The notes: a model not told the origin generated them from the letters alone. A stretch of DNA of 37,268 bases from Planctomycetota bacterium (GCA_021157685.1 JAGGWF010000095.1:1-37268), one strand, 5' to 3'. Positions 21,220-30,572 are shown, counted from the first letter of the stretch. Made by a program: numbers and translations.

Positions 21220-22254
21220 TTATAAGTCGAAACCCGCAATTTCTACACCACACCTCGGGCAGCGATAATCATCGATCAGGTTTTGCAGTATCCGGTAACC
21301 ACTGCGTTCAATGAGCAACGCACCGCAACTGTAACAATAGGTCGATTCAGCCTGACTATCGGGGAGATTGCCGACATACACATACCGCAAACCCGCTTCC
21401 CTGCCGATGTCATAAGCTCGCTCCAGCACTTTTCCATCGGTTGGTTGCGTGTCTGTCATTTTGTATTGCGGATAAAAGCGGCTGACATGCCAGGGGGTAT
21501 CAACGGAGGTCTCTTTGGCGATGAACTCGGCGATGGATCGTAATTCGTCATCGGAATCGTTTTTGCCGGGTACCACCAGCGTGGTGATCTCCATCCAGAT
21601 GTCAGTGTTTTTTGCAATGGTGCGAATGGTGTCCAGCACCGGCTTCAACTTCGCCTTGCACAGGTCGCGGTAATAGTCCTCGGTAAAGGCCTTCAGGTCG
21701 ATATTGATCCCATCGAGCCACGGCTTTGCAAACTTGATTGCTTCAGCGGTCATAAACCCATTACTAACAAAGATATTGGACAACCCCTTTTGCTTCGCCA
21801 GTTGCGCCGTTTCACAGCACAGCTCCATAAAAATCGTCGGCTCGGTATAGGTATAGGCGATGCTTTTGCAGCCGGACTCGATGGCGGCGGCGACAATTTT
21901 TTCCGGTGAGTATTCGCTGCCTTCCACCTCGTTCTGGTCATACGGCGTCTGGCTGATCTGCCAGTTCTGACAGAACACACACTGGAAATTACATCCCGGT
22001 GTGGCGATGGAAAAACTTTTCGATCCGGGTTGAAAATGGAAAAGAGGTTTTTTCTCGATTGGGTCTGGGTTCGCGGCACACAGTTTGTCATAATTCAGTG
22101 AATACAGAACGCCGCCGATATTTTTTCGGGCACGACAACGCCCCATTTTTCCGTCGGCAATCTCACACCGCCAGTAGCACAAAAAACAGCGAACCTTTTG
22201 TGCTTCCTGCAGCTCCCAGAGAACCGCTCTTTTTAGTTTTTCATCCTTCATCAA
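21220..22254 (-). CDS. amrS: AmmeMemoRadiSam-system radical SAM enzyme
   Basis: CNFQCVFCQNW (CX3CX2C), an N-terminal Cys cluster CFLCYWRC...GRCRARKN, and a C-terminal CPRCG. 344 aa. Confidence 0.85.
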   Translation of the reverse strand: MMKDEKLKRAVLWELQEAQKVRCFLCYWRCEIADGKMGRCRARKNIGGVLYSLNYDKLCAANPDPIEKKPLFHFQPGSKSFSIATPGCNFQCVFCQNWQISQTPYDQNEVEGSEYSPEKIVAAAIESGCKSIAYTYTEPTIFMELCCETAQLAKQKGLSNIFVSNGFMTAEAIKFAKPWLDGINIDLKAFTEDYYRDLCKAKLKPVLDTIRTIAKNTDIWMEITTLVVPGKNDSDDELRSIAEFIAKETSVDTPWHVSRFYPQYKMTDTQPTDGKVLERAYDIGREAGLRYVYVGNLPDSQAESTYCYSCGALLIERSGYRILQNLIDDYRCPRCGVEIAGFDL

Positions 22255-22540
22255 ATTCCATTATAGACAAATAGCCGGACAAGACAAGAAGAGAGTTTTT
22301 TGAAGTGGGATCGTTAAAGGACGAGATGTCCATGTTCTGCGCATAAAAAAAGGGAGATCGGCATGCTTTTTTTTAAGCAAAATGTGGGCCGCACTCCCTG
22401 TCGTCGCTATGCCGTTATTGCACTCTACCGCGGATAGAGATGCGAGAAGCGTTAATCGCTACGATGCACCGACAACACCTAAACTATACACAAAAAGCAC
22501 CCGTAAGTCAAGAAAAAACTACCGAAAGAGCCGTTATTAT

Positions 22541-23128
22541 TTATTCTGTTTTTATTAGGACATCCAAGTGCTGAACGCCCCATTGCAGGGCTTCTTGATG
22601 CGTATGGAAGAACAGGTCCAGACGGTTGCCTTTGATCGCCCCGCCGCGATCGGTTACCTCTACCGGCTGGCCAGTATTATAACCCGGAATCACCATTTCT
22701 GTCCCAAATTGATAAGATCTGTCCGCCGCAACAAAGGTATCGCCCGGCTGGATATGATGGTTATTGGCCGTAATACCATCCGAAAACGCTCCACAACATT
22801 GGCTGCACGGGCAGTACCCCGTTACTCGCATTTGTACCACCTGCCAATGCCCACTTTCTGTGAGCTTTTCATGATCGGTTTTAACGACGACAAACTGCAT
22901 CAGTGAGGCGATCAACTCCTGCTCCTGCACGGTGTCGTGCGAAGCTTGCGGCACAGAAGCCATCAGATTTCCAGGCAGGGTCGCTTGAAGATAAACGATG
23001 GGCCGGCCCGCCGATACGATTCTCGAAAAGACGATGCATGTCAATACCACAGACGCTAAAACAAGGCCCACAGCAACGCGGATCGATCGTTTTCTGCCGC
23101 CGCATAAAGTGGTCGACTTCTTTGCCAT
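22541..23128 (-). CDS. Membrane-anchored 3D-domain protein (MltA/RlpA-like double-psi beta-barrel; putative cell-wall-acting)
   Basis: RVTGYCPCSQCCG...DGITANN...VAAD...IPGY...VTDRGGAIKGNRLDLFF. The start is ATG 23126-23128 (MAKKSTT) behind GGAAAGGGA, and there is one N-terminal TM helix. Confidence 0.75.
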   Translation of the reverse strand: MAKKSTTLCGGRKRSIRVAVGLVLASVVLTCIVFSRIVSAGRPIVYLQATLPGNLMASVPQASHDTVQEQELIASLMQFVVVKTDHEKLTESGHWQVVQMRVTGYCPCSQCCGAFSDGITANNHHIQPGDTFVAADRSYQFGTEMVIPGYNTGQPVEVTDRGGAIKGNRLDLFFHTHQEALQWGVQHLDVLIKTE

Positions 23129-23707
23129 AACGGATCCCTTTCCAATTTTCATTGAATCCAAATCGCGCCGTTGACAGCAGAGTCCTTCTACTTGCAACGG
23201 AATCTATCGTGATCAATGGGAAAGGCAGTCCATGCCCATGCACCCCCGGTAAACAGAAACATAAATGCTGTTTCCATCATGTCCCCAGCATACTTAATAG
23301 GGGCGGTCAAGTCAAGTTTTTTTCGATTATTCAGCCAAATTCAGGGGCGATAAAACATCGCTTTTTGACACAGATGGGTTGATTCTTAAAAGCATTTTAA
23401 TTTTTAAAAGGAATGTGGAGTCCGGAAATACGGTCCCTTTTTTGAGAGCTTGTTTTTGGGCAAAAAAACCTCTCCGCACGAATGCAAAACGAGCCGCAGG
23501 CATCCGTGCCCACGACTCCTGCGATACCTATTATAAGTACATACAACAGCCATCCAAGATCGGCGCACAAAGCGACCGCCAAATGATTTTTGTGATTACT
23601 CCCTTAATCGATATGCTCGGTGCACCGTCACCTCGCCGCCTCTCACTTCAAACGCAATTGTATCACTTTGCCAGAAGCGTGCAAATGTTTTTTTGAGTTT
23701 TCAAGAA

Positions 23708-23815
23708 TTACTTTTTTCGCTTTCGACCCTTGCCGCGACTAATCAACAGAACAATGACCGCCGTAACTATAACGATAACAAGTACTTCATTGGGACCTAA
23801 TAAAACTGCGACCAT
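23708..23815 (-). CDS. Candidate 35-aa small membrane peptide (below the ORF-track cutoff)
   Basis: My translation is MVAVLLGPNEVLVIVIVTAVIVLLISRGKGRKRKK*. It lies 42 nt downstream of the kinase stop and has only a weak GAAGAG upstream. Confidence 0.25.
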   Translation of the reverse strand: MVAVLLGPNEVLVIVIVTAVIVLLISRGKGRKRKK

Positions 23816-23857
23816 AATAACTCTTCTGTTTTAAAATTTCTCTGATAATAAAAAAAA

Positions 23858-25498
23858 TTAACTTTCAACATGCTCCGGGGCTTCATCCTCAGAGTCTTTC
23901 GATACCTTCAGATTTACCGGAAGATCCAGCGAAAAAATCGCCCCCTCTCCGGGTGTACTTTCCAAATGAATTGATGCTACGAGAAGATCCGCCAACTGTT
24001 TACAAATAGCCAGCCCCAGACCGGTCCCCTCACTCTTGCGAGTAATGGAGCCATCCAGTTGATAAAATTTATCAAATATCCTTTCCTGGTCTTCATGCGA
24101 AATACCCGGCCCTGTATCCATAATCGAAATTCGGACCGTTGTGTCGTCCCGCATTGCAGCCGCAATCTGAACCCGCCCCCCTTCGGGTGTAAACTTTATC
24201 GCATTGCTCAGCAGATTATATAAAATCTGCTGCACTTTTTGAGGATCCGTATCGATTAAGGGAATGTTGTCCGCAACATCGAGTCGAACCTTAATCGTTT
24301 TCTGCTCTGTCAATGGCGAAAAGAACGCCGTCAACCCATCGAGAAGCCGGGGAATACTTGTCTTGTCAATATGAATCTCCATTTTGGCCGATTCGGTCTT
24401 CGCCAGATCGAGCAGGTCATTAATCATATTCAGAAGCGACCGCCCGCTTGAAACGATATTCTCGGCCCATCGTTTTGACTTTTCTATATCTGACGCCGGC
24501 TTTTCCCGAAGCAGTTCGGCGAATCCCAAAATAGCATTGAGCGGAGTGCGAAACTCATGCGACATATTCGCCAAAAATTCACTCTTAATTTTATTTGCCT
24601 TAAACAGCTCAATATTCTTTTCTGAAAGCTGCGATATCTTTGCATCCAGCCGCTTGTTGGCCTGCTCCAGTTTATGCTGGGACTCCATCAAATTGTCCAG
24701 CATATGATTAAACGCATCAGAGAGTCGCTCGTACTCATCGCCGGTCTTAATCGAACTGCGAATATCATAATTGCCGTCAGCAATGTTATTAACCTGCGCC
24801 CGCAATTGCCGAATAGGCCTTAGGATCACCCGTTGTACAATTGTATAGAACGATACCATTGCTCCCGTCGCCGCCAAAAGCCCAGCCACCACAACCCACA
24901 ACCGGTTCATAAACAGGGTCCATGCCAAAGTAGCGGCCGGCGTCGCGGCGACTAATACGCCCACTTCCTGATTTTTACTGAATGCCGGCGGAAGGCCCTC
25001 TTCTGTGTGACAGTGGAGGCAATTCTCTTGGGCCCGTACAAGACGCAGGTAATGGTTTTGAGTCCCTGCCTGCGGGCTGCGTTCAGTCCAGGCAACATCG
25101 CTGATCGTATCGCTGTTTCTTACCAATTTGAGATTCTCCATCTCGGTCTCTGATAAACCAGACGGGATTTGCTCTGTATCTTTGTCTAAGCGAACCCATT
25201 GTACAAGATGGTTCGGGTCATTCAACACGATCCCGCTTTCAGATAATGGCGGGCGATTTTCTGATGTTCCTATTTTAAAATGATTTTCGTAAAACACCTG
25301 ACCGATCGCGCGGCCTGAGTCCAGGGCGCTCTTTTCAGTGAGCTTATTCATCCAGAAATAGGAAATCAAAAGCGCCAGAACCAAACTGAAAAGGACGGCT
25401 CCGCCAAACTGAAGACGACATTTTTCCGCCAGCGAAAGAGACTTTCGGAAAATCCTTTCCTTTATATGCTGATAAAACCGCTTTGGTCCCTGCAACAT
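23858..25498 (-). CDS. Sensor histidine kinase with a periplasmic CXXCH (c-type-heme, Tll0287/DUF3365-like) sensor, HAMP, HisKA and HATPase domains
   Basis: Two TM helices bracket a ~135-aa loop containing YLRLVRAQENCLHCH (CLHCH is encoded at 25007-25021). H-box MSHEFRTPLNAILGF, with N, G1 and G2 boxes in the C-terminal domain. Confidence 0.9.
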   Translation of the reverse strand: MLQGPKRFYQHIKERIFRKSLSLAEKCRLQFGGAVLFSLVLALLISYFWMNKLTEKSALDSGRAIGQVFYENHFKIGTSENRPPLSESGIVLNDPNHLVQWVRLDKDTEQIPSGLSETEMENLKLVRNSDTISDVAWTERSPQAGTQNHYLRLVRAQENCLHCHTEEGLPPAFSKNQEVGVLVAATPAATLAWTLFMNRLWVVVAGLLAATGAMVSFYTIVQRVILRPIRQLRAQVNNIADGNYDIRSSIKTGDEYERLSDAFNHMLDNLMESQHKLEQANKRLDAKISQLSEKNIELFKANKIKSEFLANMSHEFRTPLNAILGFAELLREKPASDIEKSKRWAENIVSSGRSLLNMINDLLDLAKTESAKMEIHIDKTSIPRLLDGLTAFFSPLTEQKTIKVRLDVADNIPLIDTDPQKVQQILYNLLSNAIKFTPEGGRVQIAAAMRDDTTVRISIMDTGPGISHEDQERIFDKFYQLDGSITRKSEGTGLGLAICKQLADLLVASIHLESTPGEGAIFSLDLPVNLKVSKDSEDEAPEHVES

Positions 25499-25577
25499 CT
25501 AAACTCCTTATTTCCCCGAAACCCGCCGCCGGTCATGGGAAACATCAAACGCTATACAGAGCAACTTGACGCTAATC

Positions 25578-27386
25578 TTACACATTCTCACCGTCAACCT
25601 GATGCAGATGTTTTTGAACGCGTAAATTCAACTCGTCCAGTTGGCCCTGATCCACATCTGACGGTGCCTCGGTCATCAGGCACTGACCGCGTTGTGTTTT
25701 TGGAAATGCGATAACATCGCGAATATTTTCAGTCCCGGTCAGCAGCATCGTCAGGCGGTCTAAACCAAACGCAATGCCGCCATGCGGCGGAGCACCATAC
25801 CCCAATGCCTTCAGGAAAAACCCGAAACGGTCTTCGGCCTGTTTCTTCGAGATATTCAACAGATCAAAGACTTTCGCCTGGATCTGCGGATTATGAATAC
25901 GAACTGAGCCACCGCCGACTTCTGAGCCGTTAACCACCAAATCATACGCCTGAGATCGAATGTTACCCGGATCGGTTTCCAGCTTGCCCATGTCCTCTTC
26001 GACCGGGCAGGTAAACGGATGGTGCAGTGAATCGTATCGCTTCGCGTCTTCGTTCCACTCAAACAGCGGAAAATCGACCACCCATACGAACTTGTAATCC
26101 TTCTGATCGAACAGTTCAAGCTCTCGACTCAGCCGAACACGCAACGGAGCCAGCGCTTTGTTCACTACGACCGCCTTGTCGGCAACAAACAGCATCAGAT
26201 CGCCCTCATTGGCGCCAAATCGCTCGACCAACTGAGCTAACTGCTCATCAGTGAAGAATTTAGCGATGCTGCTTTTAGGAACCACAATGCCCTGCTCATT
26301 CTTTTCAACCTTCATCCATGCCAGGCCCTTGGCGCCGTAATCGCCGACGAAAGCGGTCAGCTTCTTTTCAATGTCGCTGCGGGAATACTTTGCCCCGCCG
26401 GGAGCACACAGCCCCTTGACAATACCGCCCTTTTCGACGGTCGAGGTGAACACCTTAAATGTCGATTCTTTAGCGATATCGGAAATATCCTTGAGTTTCA
26501 TCTCAAACCGCATATCGGGACGGTCAACGCCATATTCGTCAATCGCCTGCTGATAAGGCATGCGAATAACCGGATTGGGAATATCAACATCAAGCACTTC
26601 CTTGAAAATGCGGCGAATCACACCTTCATTCATGGTCATAATGTCGTCTTCATCGACAAAGCTCATCTCCACATCGATCTGGGTAAACTCGGCCTGACGG
26701 TCGGCACGCGGATCTTCATCGCGGAAACAACGGACGATCTGGAAATAGCGATCCGTACCGGAAACCATCAAAATTTGCTTGAACAACTGCGGCGACTGCG
26801 GCAATGCGTAAAACTGCCCTTGATATAACCGGCTGGGGACCAGAAAATCTCTGGCCCCTTCGGGCGTACTCTTGCCAAGCATCGGCGTTTCAATCTCCCA
26901 GAAACCATTGTCGTCATAATAATCCCGCACGATCTTGGCCACCCGATGCCGCACCGCTAATTTTTCCTGCATGCTCCTGCGCCGCAAATCGATATAACGA
27001 TATTGCAGGCGAAGTTCCTCATTGACTTGGTCCGCTGCGTCAATCTCGAACGGCGGCGTCTTGGCGGTGTTCAGCACTTCCAACTCCGTAACCAGCACCT
27101 CAATCTGACCGGTCACCAGACGGGGGTTTTCCAGCCCCTCGCCGCGAGGTCGAACAACACCTTTGACAGCAACGACCCATTCGCAACGCAGGTTGCGAGC
27201 CATTTTATGACATGCCGCATCCGCTTCCGGGTCAAAAACAAGCTGCACCAGCCCGTTTCGGTCCCGCAAGTCGATAAAGACCAAATTTCCGTGATCGCGA
27301 TACGAATTCACCCAACCGGATAAAACAACGATCTGTGTGTCATCTTCCAATCTCAGTTGACCGCAATGATGCGTGCGTTTCAGCAT
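25578..27386 (-). CDS. aspS: Aspartate--tRNA ligase
   Basis: MLKRTHHCGQLR start (ATG 27384-27386), and class II motifs FRDEDPRADR, GGGSVRIH and AFGLDRL. Confidence 0.97.
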   Translation of the reverse strand: MLKRTHHCGQLRLEDDTQIVVLSGWVNSYRDHGNLVFIDLRDRNGLVQLVFDPEADAACHKMARNLRCEWVVAVKGVVRPRGEGLENPRLVTGQIEVLVTELEVLNTAKTPPFEIDAADQVNEELRLQYRYIDLRRRSMQEKLAVRHRVAKIVRDYYDDNGFWEIETPMLGKSTPEGARDFLVPSRLYQGQFYALPQSPQLFKQILMVSGTDRYFQIVRCFRDEDPRADRQAEFTQIDVEMSFVDEDDIMTMNEGVIRRIFKEVLDVDIPNPVIRMPYQQAIDEYGVDRPDMRFEMKLKDISDIAKESTFKVFTSTVEKGGIVKGLCAPGGAKYSRSDIEKKLTAFVGDYGAKGLAWMKVEKNEQGIVVPKSSIAKFFTDEQLAQLVERFGANEGDLMLFVADKAVVVNKALAPLRVRLSRELELFDQKDYKFVWVVDFPLFEWNEDAKRYDSLHHPFTCPVEEDMGKLETDPGNIRSQAYDLVVNGSEVGGGSVRIHNPQIQAKVFDLLNISKKQAEDRFGFFLKALGYGAPPHGGIAFGLDRLTMLLTGTENIRDVIAFPKTQRGQCLMTEAPSDVDQGQLDELNLRVQKHLHQVDGENV

Positions 27387-27683
27387 AATACCCTCTATTT
27401 TGACAAAAGTTCCTGTTTTCAAAAGGGTTAACATACCCGAAACACCCCTTTAAGTCAACGACAATCCCGACACACGCAATCGAGGCGGTTCTCGAAGCGT
27501 TTTGCTGGCATGGCAAATACTCCTTAAAAAATCATTTAAACCATGCCAAGTTATCGGACAAATACAGACAACTCCTTATTTTAAGCGAGCACCCAATTTC
27601 CATGTTCGTTTTATCAGGACGAAAAGGTCATTGTAACTTGAATTGTAACTTTTGGAGTTAAAAAAACGAAACTTTAAAGTTAT

Positions 27684-27706
27684 CCCGGCTTCGCCGGGGA
27701 CTTTTT
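27684..27706 (+). terminator. Orphan terminator-like hairpin on the plus strand
   Basis: CCCGGC-TTC-GCCGGG followed by GACTTTTT. No plus-strand gene lies upstream. On the minus strand no U-tract directly follows the stem. Confidence 0.3.
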
Positions 27707-27925
27707 AATCTTTCAGCATAAACCATTCTTTCCTCGATCTATTTTACCATTTCAGTTACGGTTACTTGCAGAGAACAGCCATGGAAGACGTCAACAAAAG
27801 AAGATTTTTGATTCTGGACGGTGTCAGGAAAAACCACCTTAGCTTTGGCTAAGACTGATTTCCCTTCCTTTTCAGAAGTCAAAAAGCTTCTACTTGCCGC
27901 TCAAAAGCAATTACTAGAGCTACCC

Positions 27926-30034
27926 TTAAGGATTATTCTCTTTGATGATGACAGGGCAAACCCAATAAGCCCAATCATGTTGTATATTCTCCAGTTTATC
28001 CACCCAAAAAGTCAACTGTATCTTTTCTCCTGCCCAAGAGGACAGATCAATCTGATTCGCAACAGGAGCTTTCCGCTGTTGACGACCGGTCCATACCTGT
28101 TCATCATTGATAGAGATCGAAAAACCAACGCCGTCTTCACTCTCACCATCAATCAGTGTTTCAAAAAGCATTGACAGCTTACCGTTATCTTCCACCTGGG
28201 GCAATTCTATTAGATAAGACAACTGCCCTCTGCCGTTTTTGGGTGGATGCTGGAAAATCGCCGGTGTCATCCACCCGGCCGCACGAAGCACCTCCTTGGG
28301 GCCGCATGCAAGATTATTGATCTGTTCGGCATCTTCAAATTCGGCAATAAAATCATACACGACGGAATCTTCATCTAATGAAAAAACTGACTTGATGGTT
28401 AGCTCCGTGCTTGCCGGAGTATCCGACCATTTTTTGATTCCAATTATTGGTTTGGCAAACTCAAAATAATCTTTCCATTGATTTGTATCCGCATACTTAA
28501 ATACCTCCCAGATGTATTTCTTCTTCCAAGGTTTTGTCGGATTGGGATCCACCGGATTGTTGTTCCATAAACCCAGCTTCAGCCCCCCCTCATTCTTGTT
28601 ATCAACATGCCGATGTAAAATAAAAGCACTGATTTCAGGTATCCGGGATATTTTGTAATAGGCATAGGCATACGCCGCCGCCTGAACTTTTTCACCTTCA
28701 GGCCCTTCCGGCGTATGAAACCCCTGTTCCGTCAATGCAATATCACGCACACGGCCCCGATATAACATATTTGACTGTTTCATAAATCGAGGCAGAACTT
28801 CGATATTTTTAAAGGTAATTTTGGGAGTGGAGAATTCATCTTTCACCAATGGATCTAACCAAAATCGGGGTTTAAACAGGTTTTCTGGATATGGATGAAA
28901 GGCAACGTTCCAAGAAAAGTCACCCTCTATTTTCCCCCCAGCCGCAATAGATTTAAGAAGCTCGTCTCCAGAAACTTCATGCAATTTGTTCATCGTCGGT
29001 CCTCTTTTGGTCCAGTGATGGTCCATCGAAACATAGACTCGCAAATCCGGATGAAATTTTTGTGCCGCCAACCATCCCAGACGCAGCGCAATCAGATATT
29101 CCCGAATCACTTTTTCAGATGACGAGTCACCCATGTTATACCAGACCCAGTGTTGCTGAACTTCGTTACCGATGATTATTGAACTGATCAGACCATATTT
29201 CGCGTCTTCTCGAGTATAACGGTCCGCTAAAAATTCCAAAGCCGCCAGGTAATATTTCAACCCTTCATCGGATGTAACATTAAAAGCCCCCAGATGCGTC
29301 GGGCTGTTTTCAACATCGGAATCCGGATGCAGCAGCGGATTATCTGGATTCCGAGTTGATGGCATTCTGTTAATAAACACGGCAAAAACACCAATACCAG
29401 CTTCAGTAAATTGTTGTATGCGCCGGTCTAATTCTCTAACCCTAGGCATATTCAATGGAATTTGCACCCCGTCAAATTCCCAAAAAGCCTCCGCATTGGG
29501 ATCGTTCCATGCCACAATCTGATCCAAATGAATATTTTCATGAATATATTTAACACCCAGTTCAATCGCATCATCAACATCTACGATACAGCTTAACCCC
29601 TTAATGGACTTGGGTCTGGGTAATTCAATTTTGCGGGGCTTGGCCAGAGAAAAATCTGTTACATAACGGGTATTGCCAACGGGTTCTTTGGTAAGGATGT
29701 CAACCAGCAAAAACTTACTGTAAATCCGGTCCCTTTTACATTCATACCGTTTGATCACAATCTCCGACCGGCCCATGCCGTGCCAAACAACCGGATAGAA
29801 TTGACCTTTGTCATACTCCTGATAAGGTTTCAATTCGAGCAGATGAAACTTTTTTTGTGAAACCGAACAGGTTATGTTCAAAGCAGAATCTGTCGCGCTA
29901 ATACCGGTAATTCCGACCGTTGCTTTTTCCGGACAACTCGCACATCCACACCATGCGGCCAGCAGCATAATCACCATCACCATAAGTTCTATTTTAAACC
30001 GATTCTGGAAGAAATTAACGCTCAATCCTTTCAT
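27926..30034 (-). CDS. Secreted or membrane-anchored clan-GH-A-like (TIM-barrel) glycoside hydrolase of uncertain family, with a C-terminal beta-sandwich-like domain
   Basis: Hydrophobic N-terminus MVMVIMLLAAWCGCASC. IIGNEV gives an Asn-Glu acid/base candidate (Glu291, ~29162-29164). AFHPYP is followed by ALTEQGF, a nucleophile candidate (Glu435, ~28730-28732). The spacing is typical of clan A. The C-terminal ~150 aa look CBM-like. Confidence 0.6.
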   Translation of the reverse strand: MKGLSVNFFQNRFKIELMVMVIMLLAAWCGCASCPEKATVGITGISATDSALNITCSVSQKKFHLLELKPYQEYDKGQFYPVVWHGMGRSEIVIKRYECKRDRIYSKFLLVDILTKEPVGNTRYVTDFSLAKPRKIELPRPKSIKGLSCIVDVDDAIELGVKYIHENIHLDQIVAWNDPNAEAFWEFDGVQIPLNMPRVRELDRRIQQFTEAGIGVFAVFINRMPSTRNPDNPLLHPDSDVENSPTHLGAFNVTSDEGLKYYLAALEFLADRYTREDAKYGLISSIIIGNEVQQHWVWYNMGDSSSEKVIREYLIALRLGWLAAQKFHPDLRVYVSMDHHWTKRGPTMNKLHEVSGDELLKSIAAGGKIEGDFSWNVAFHPYPENLFKPRFWLDPLVKDEFSTPKITFKNIEVLPRFMKQSNMLYRGRVRDIALTEQGFHTPEGPEGEKVQAAAYAYAYYKISRIPEISAFILHRHVDNKNEGGLKLGLWNNNPVDPNPTKPWKKKYIWEVFKYADTNQWKDYFEFAKPIIGIKKWSDTPASTELTIKSVFSLDEDSVVYDFIAEFEDAEQINNLACGPKEVLRAAGWMTPAIFQHPPKNGRGQLSYLIELPQVEDNGKLSMLFETLIDGESEDGVGFSISINDEQVWTGRQQRKAPVANQIDLSSWAGEKIQLTFWVDKLENIQHDWAYWVCPVIIKENNP

Positions 30035-30129
30035 GTATCTGTCGCCTCTCTGTCTACAAGACTATCAACTATTTGTTCGTTTCTGTTATATATAAACGAG
30101 GTGCAGACCACCATAAACAGTTAACCATC

Positions 30130-30492
30130 TTGGTCTGCCCCTATGTTTATGTACCAGTTATTATGAGAGTATTTCACACATATTTTCCCTGTCTTAAACA
30201 AAGCGAAACCTCGCTCAAGACACTGTATCGCAAACGCTGCCGGGACCATATAATTCAAGTTGCTGTGCGACCGACAACGATTATAATCCATCCGCCAGCA
30301 ATCCACAACATATCTTCATTCAGCGATGCAAAAACAATTTCCAAACCTGCTGCCCCCCGGGTCATGAGAATTACCACAACCCATTGTAAAACCATAACTT
30401 ATGAAATTCCTACTGAGTGCTCGCTTAACATAGTGTGCATCCGTGTCTCATTACATAACCCCAGAACTGTTGCCAACGGCCCTTTGTCAGTT
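30130..30492 (-). pseudogene. 3' remnant of an IS3-family (IS407-like) transposase/integrase core, frameshifted and cut by the IS1634-family element
   Basis: VDCWRMDYNRCRSHSNLNYMVPAAFA fits the conserved IS3 OrfB C-terminal motif WRxDYNxxRPHSSLxxxTPxEFA. The upstream FASLNE is in another frame. The plus-strand TGGTCTGCCCC at 30130 looks like a TG-type terminal repeat. Confidence 0.5.
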
Positions 30493-30509
30493 TTAACCCA
30501 AGTTCCACA
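30493..30509. repeat. IS1634-family terminal inverted repeat (left)
   Basis: TTAACCCAAGTTCCACA, a perfect match to the reverse complement of 32491-32507. Confidence 0.85.
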
Positions 30510-30572
30510 GTTAGGGGGGTAAAAGGCGGTTTTTGATAGCGCTAGGGTGAAAAGTCTTCACTACATTTTATT

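Noticed and set aside
23379-23696. 105-aa plus-strand ORF between the 3D-domain gene and the kinase
   Set aside because: It has no recognisable domain or RBS and an odd composition, and it overlaps the small minus-strand hydrophobic ORF. It is probably non-coding.
27781-27852. 23-codon plus-strand mini-ORF MEDVNKRRFLILDG... with a twin-arginine-like RRFL
   Set aside because: It is too short and stops before any signal-peptide h-region is complete. At best it is the relic of a lost Tat-substrate gene, and this cannot be supported further from sequence.
27821-28174. 117-aa plus-strand ORF
   Set aside because: It overlaps the 3' end of the glycosidase gene on the opposite strand. This is a shadow ORF.
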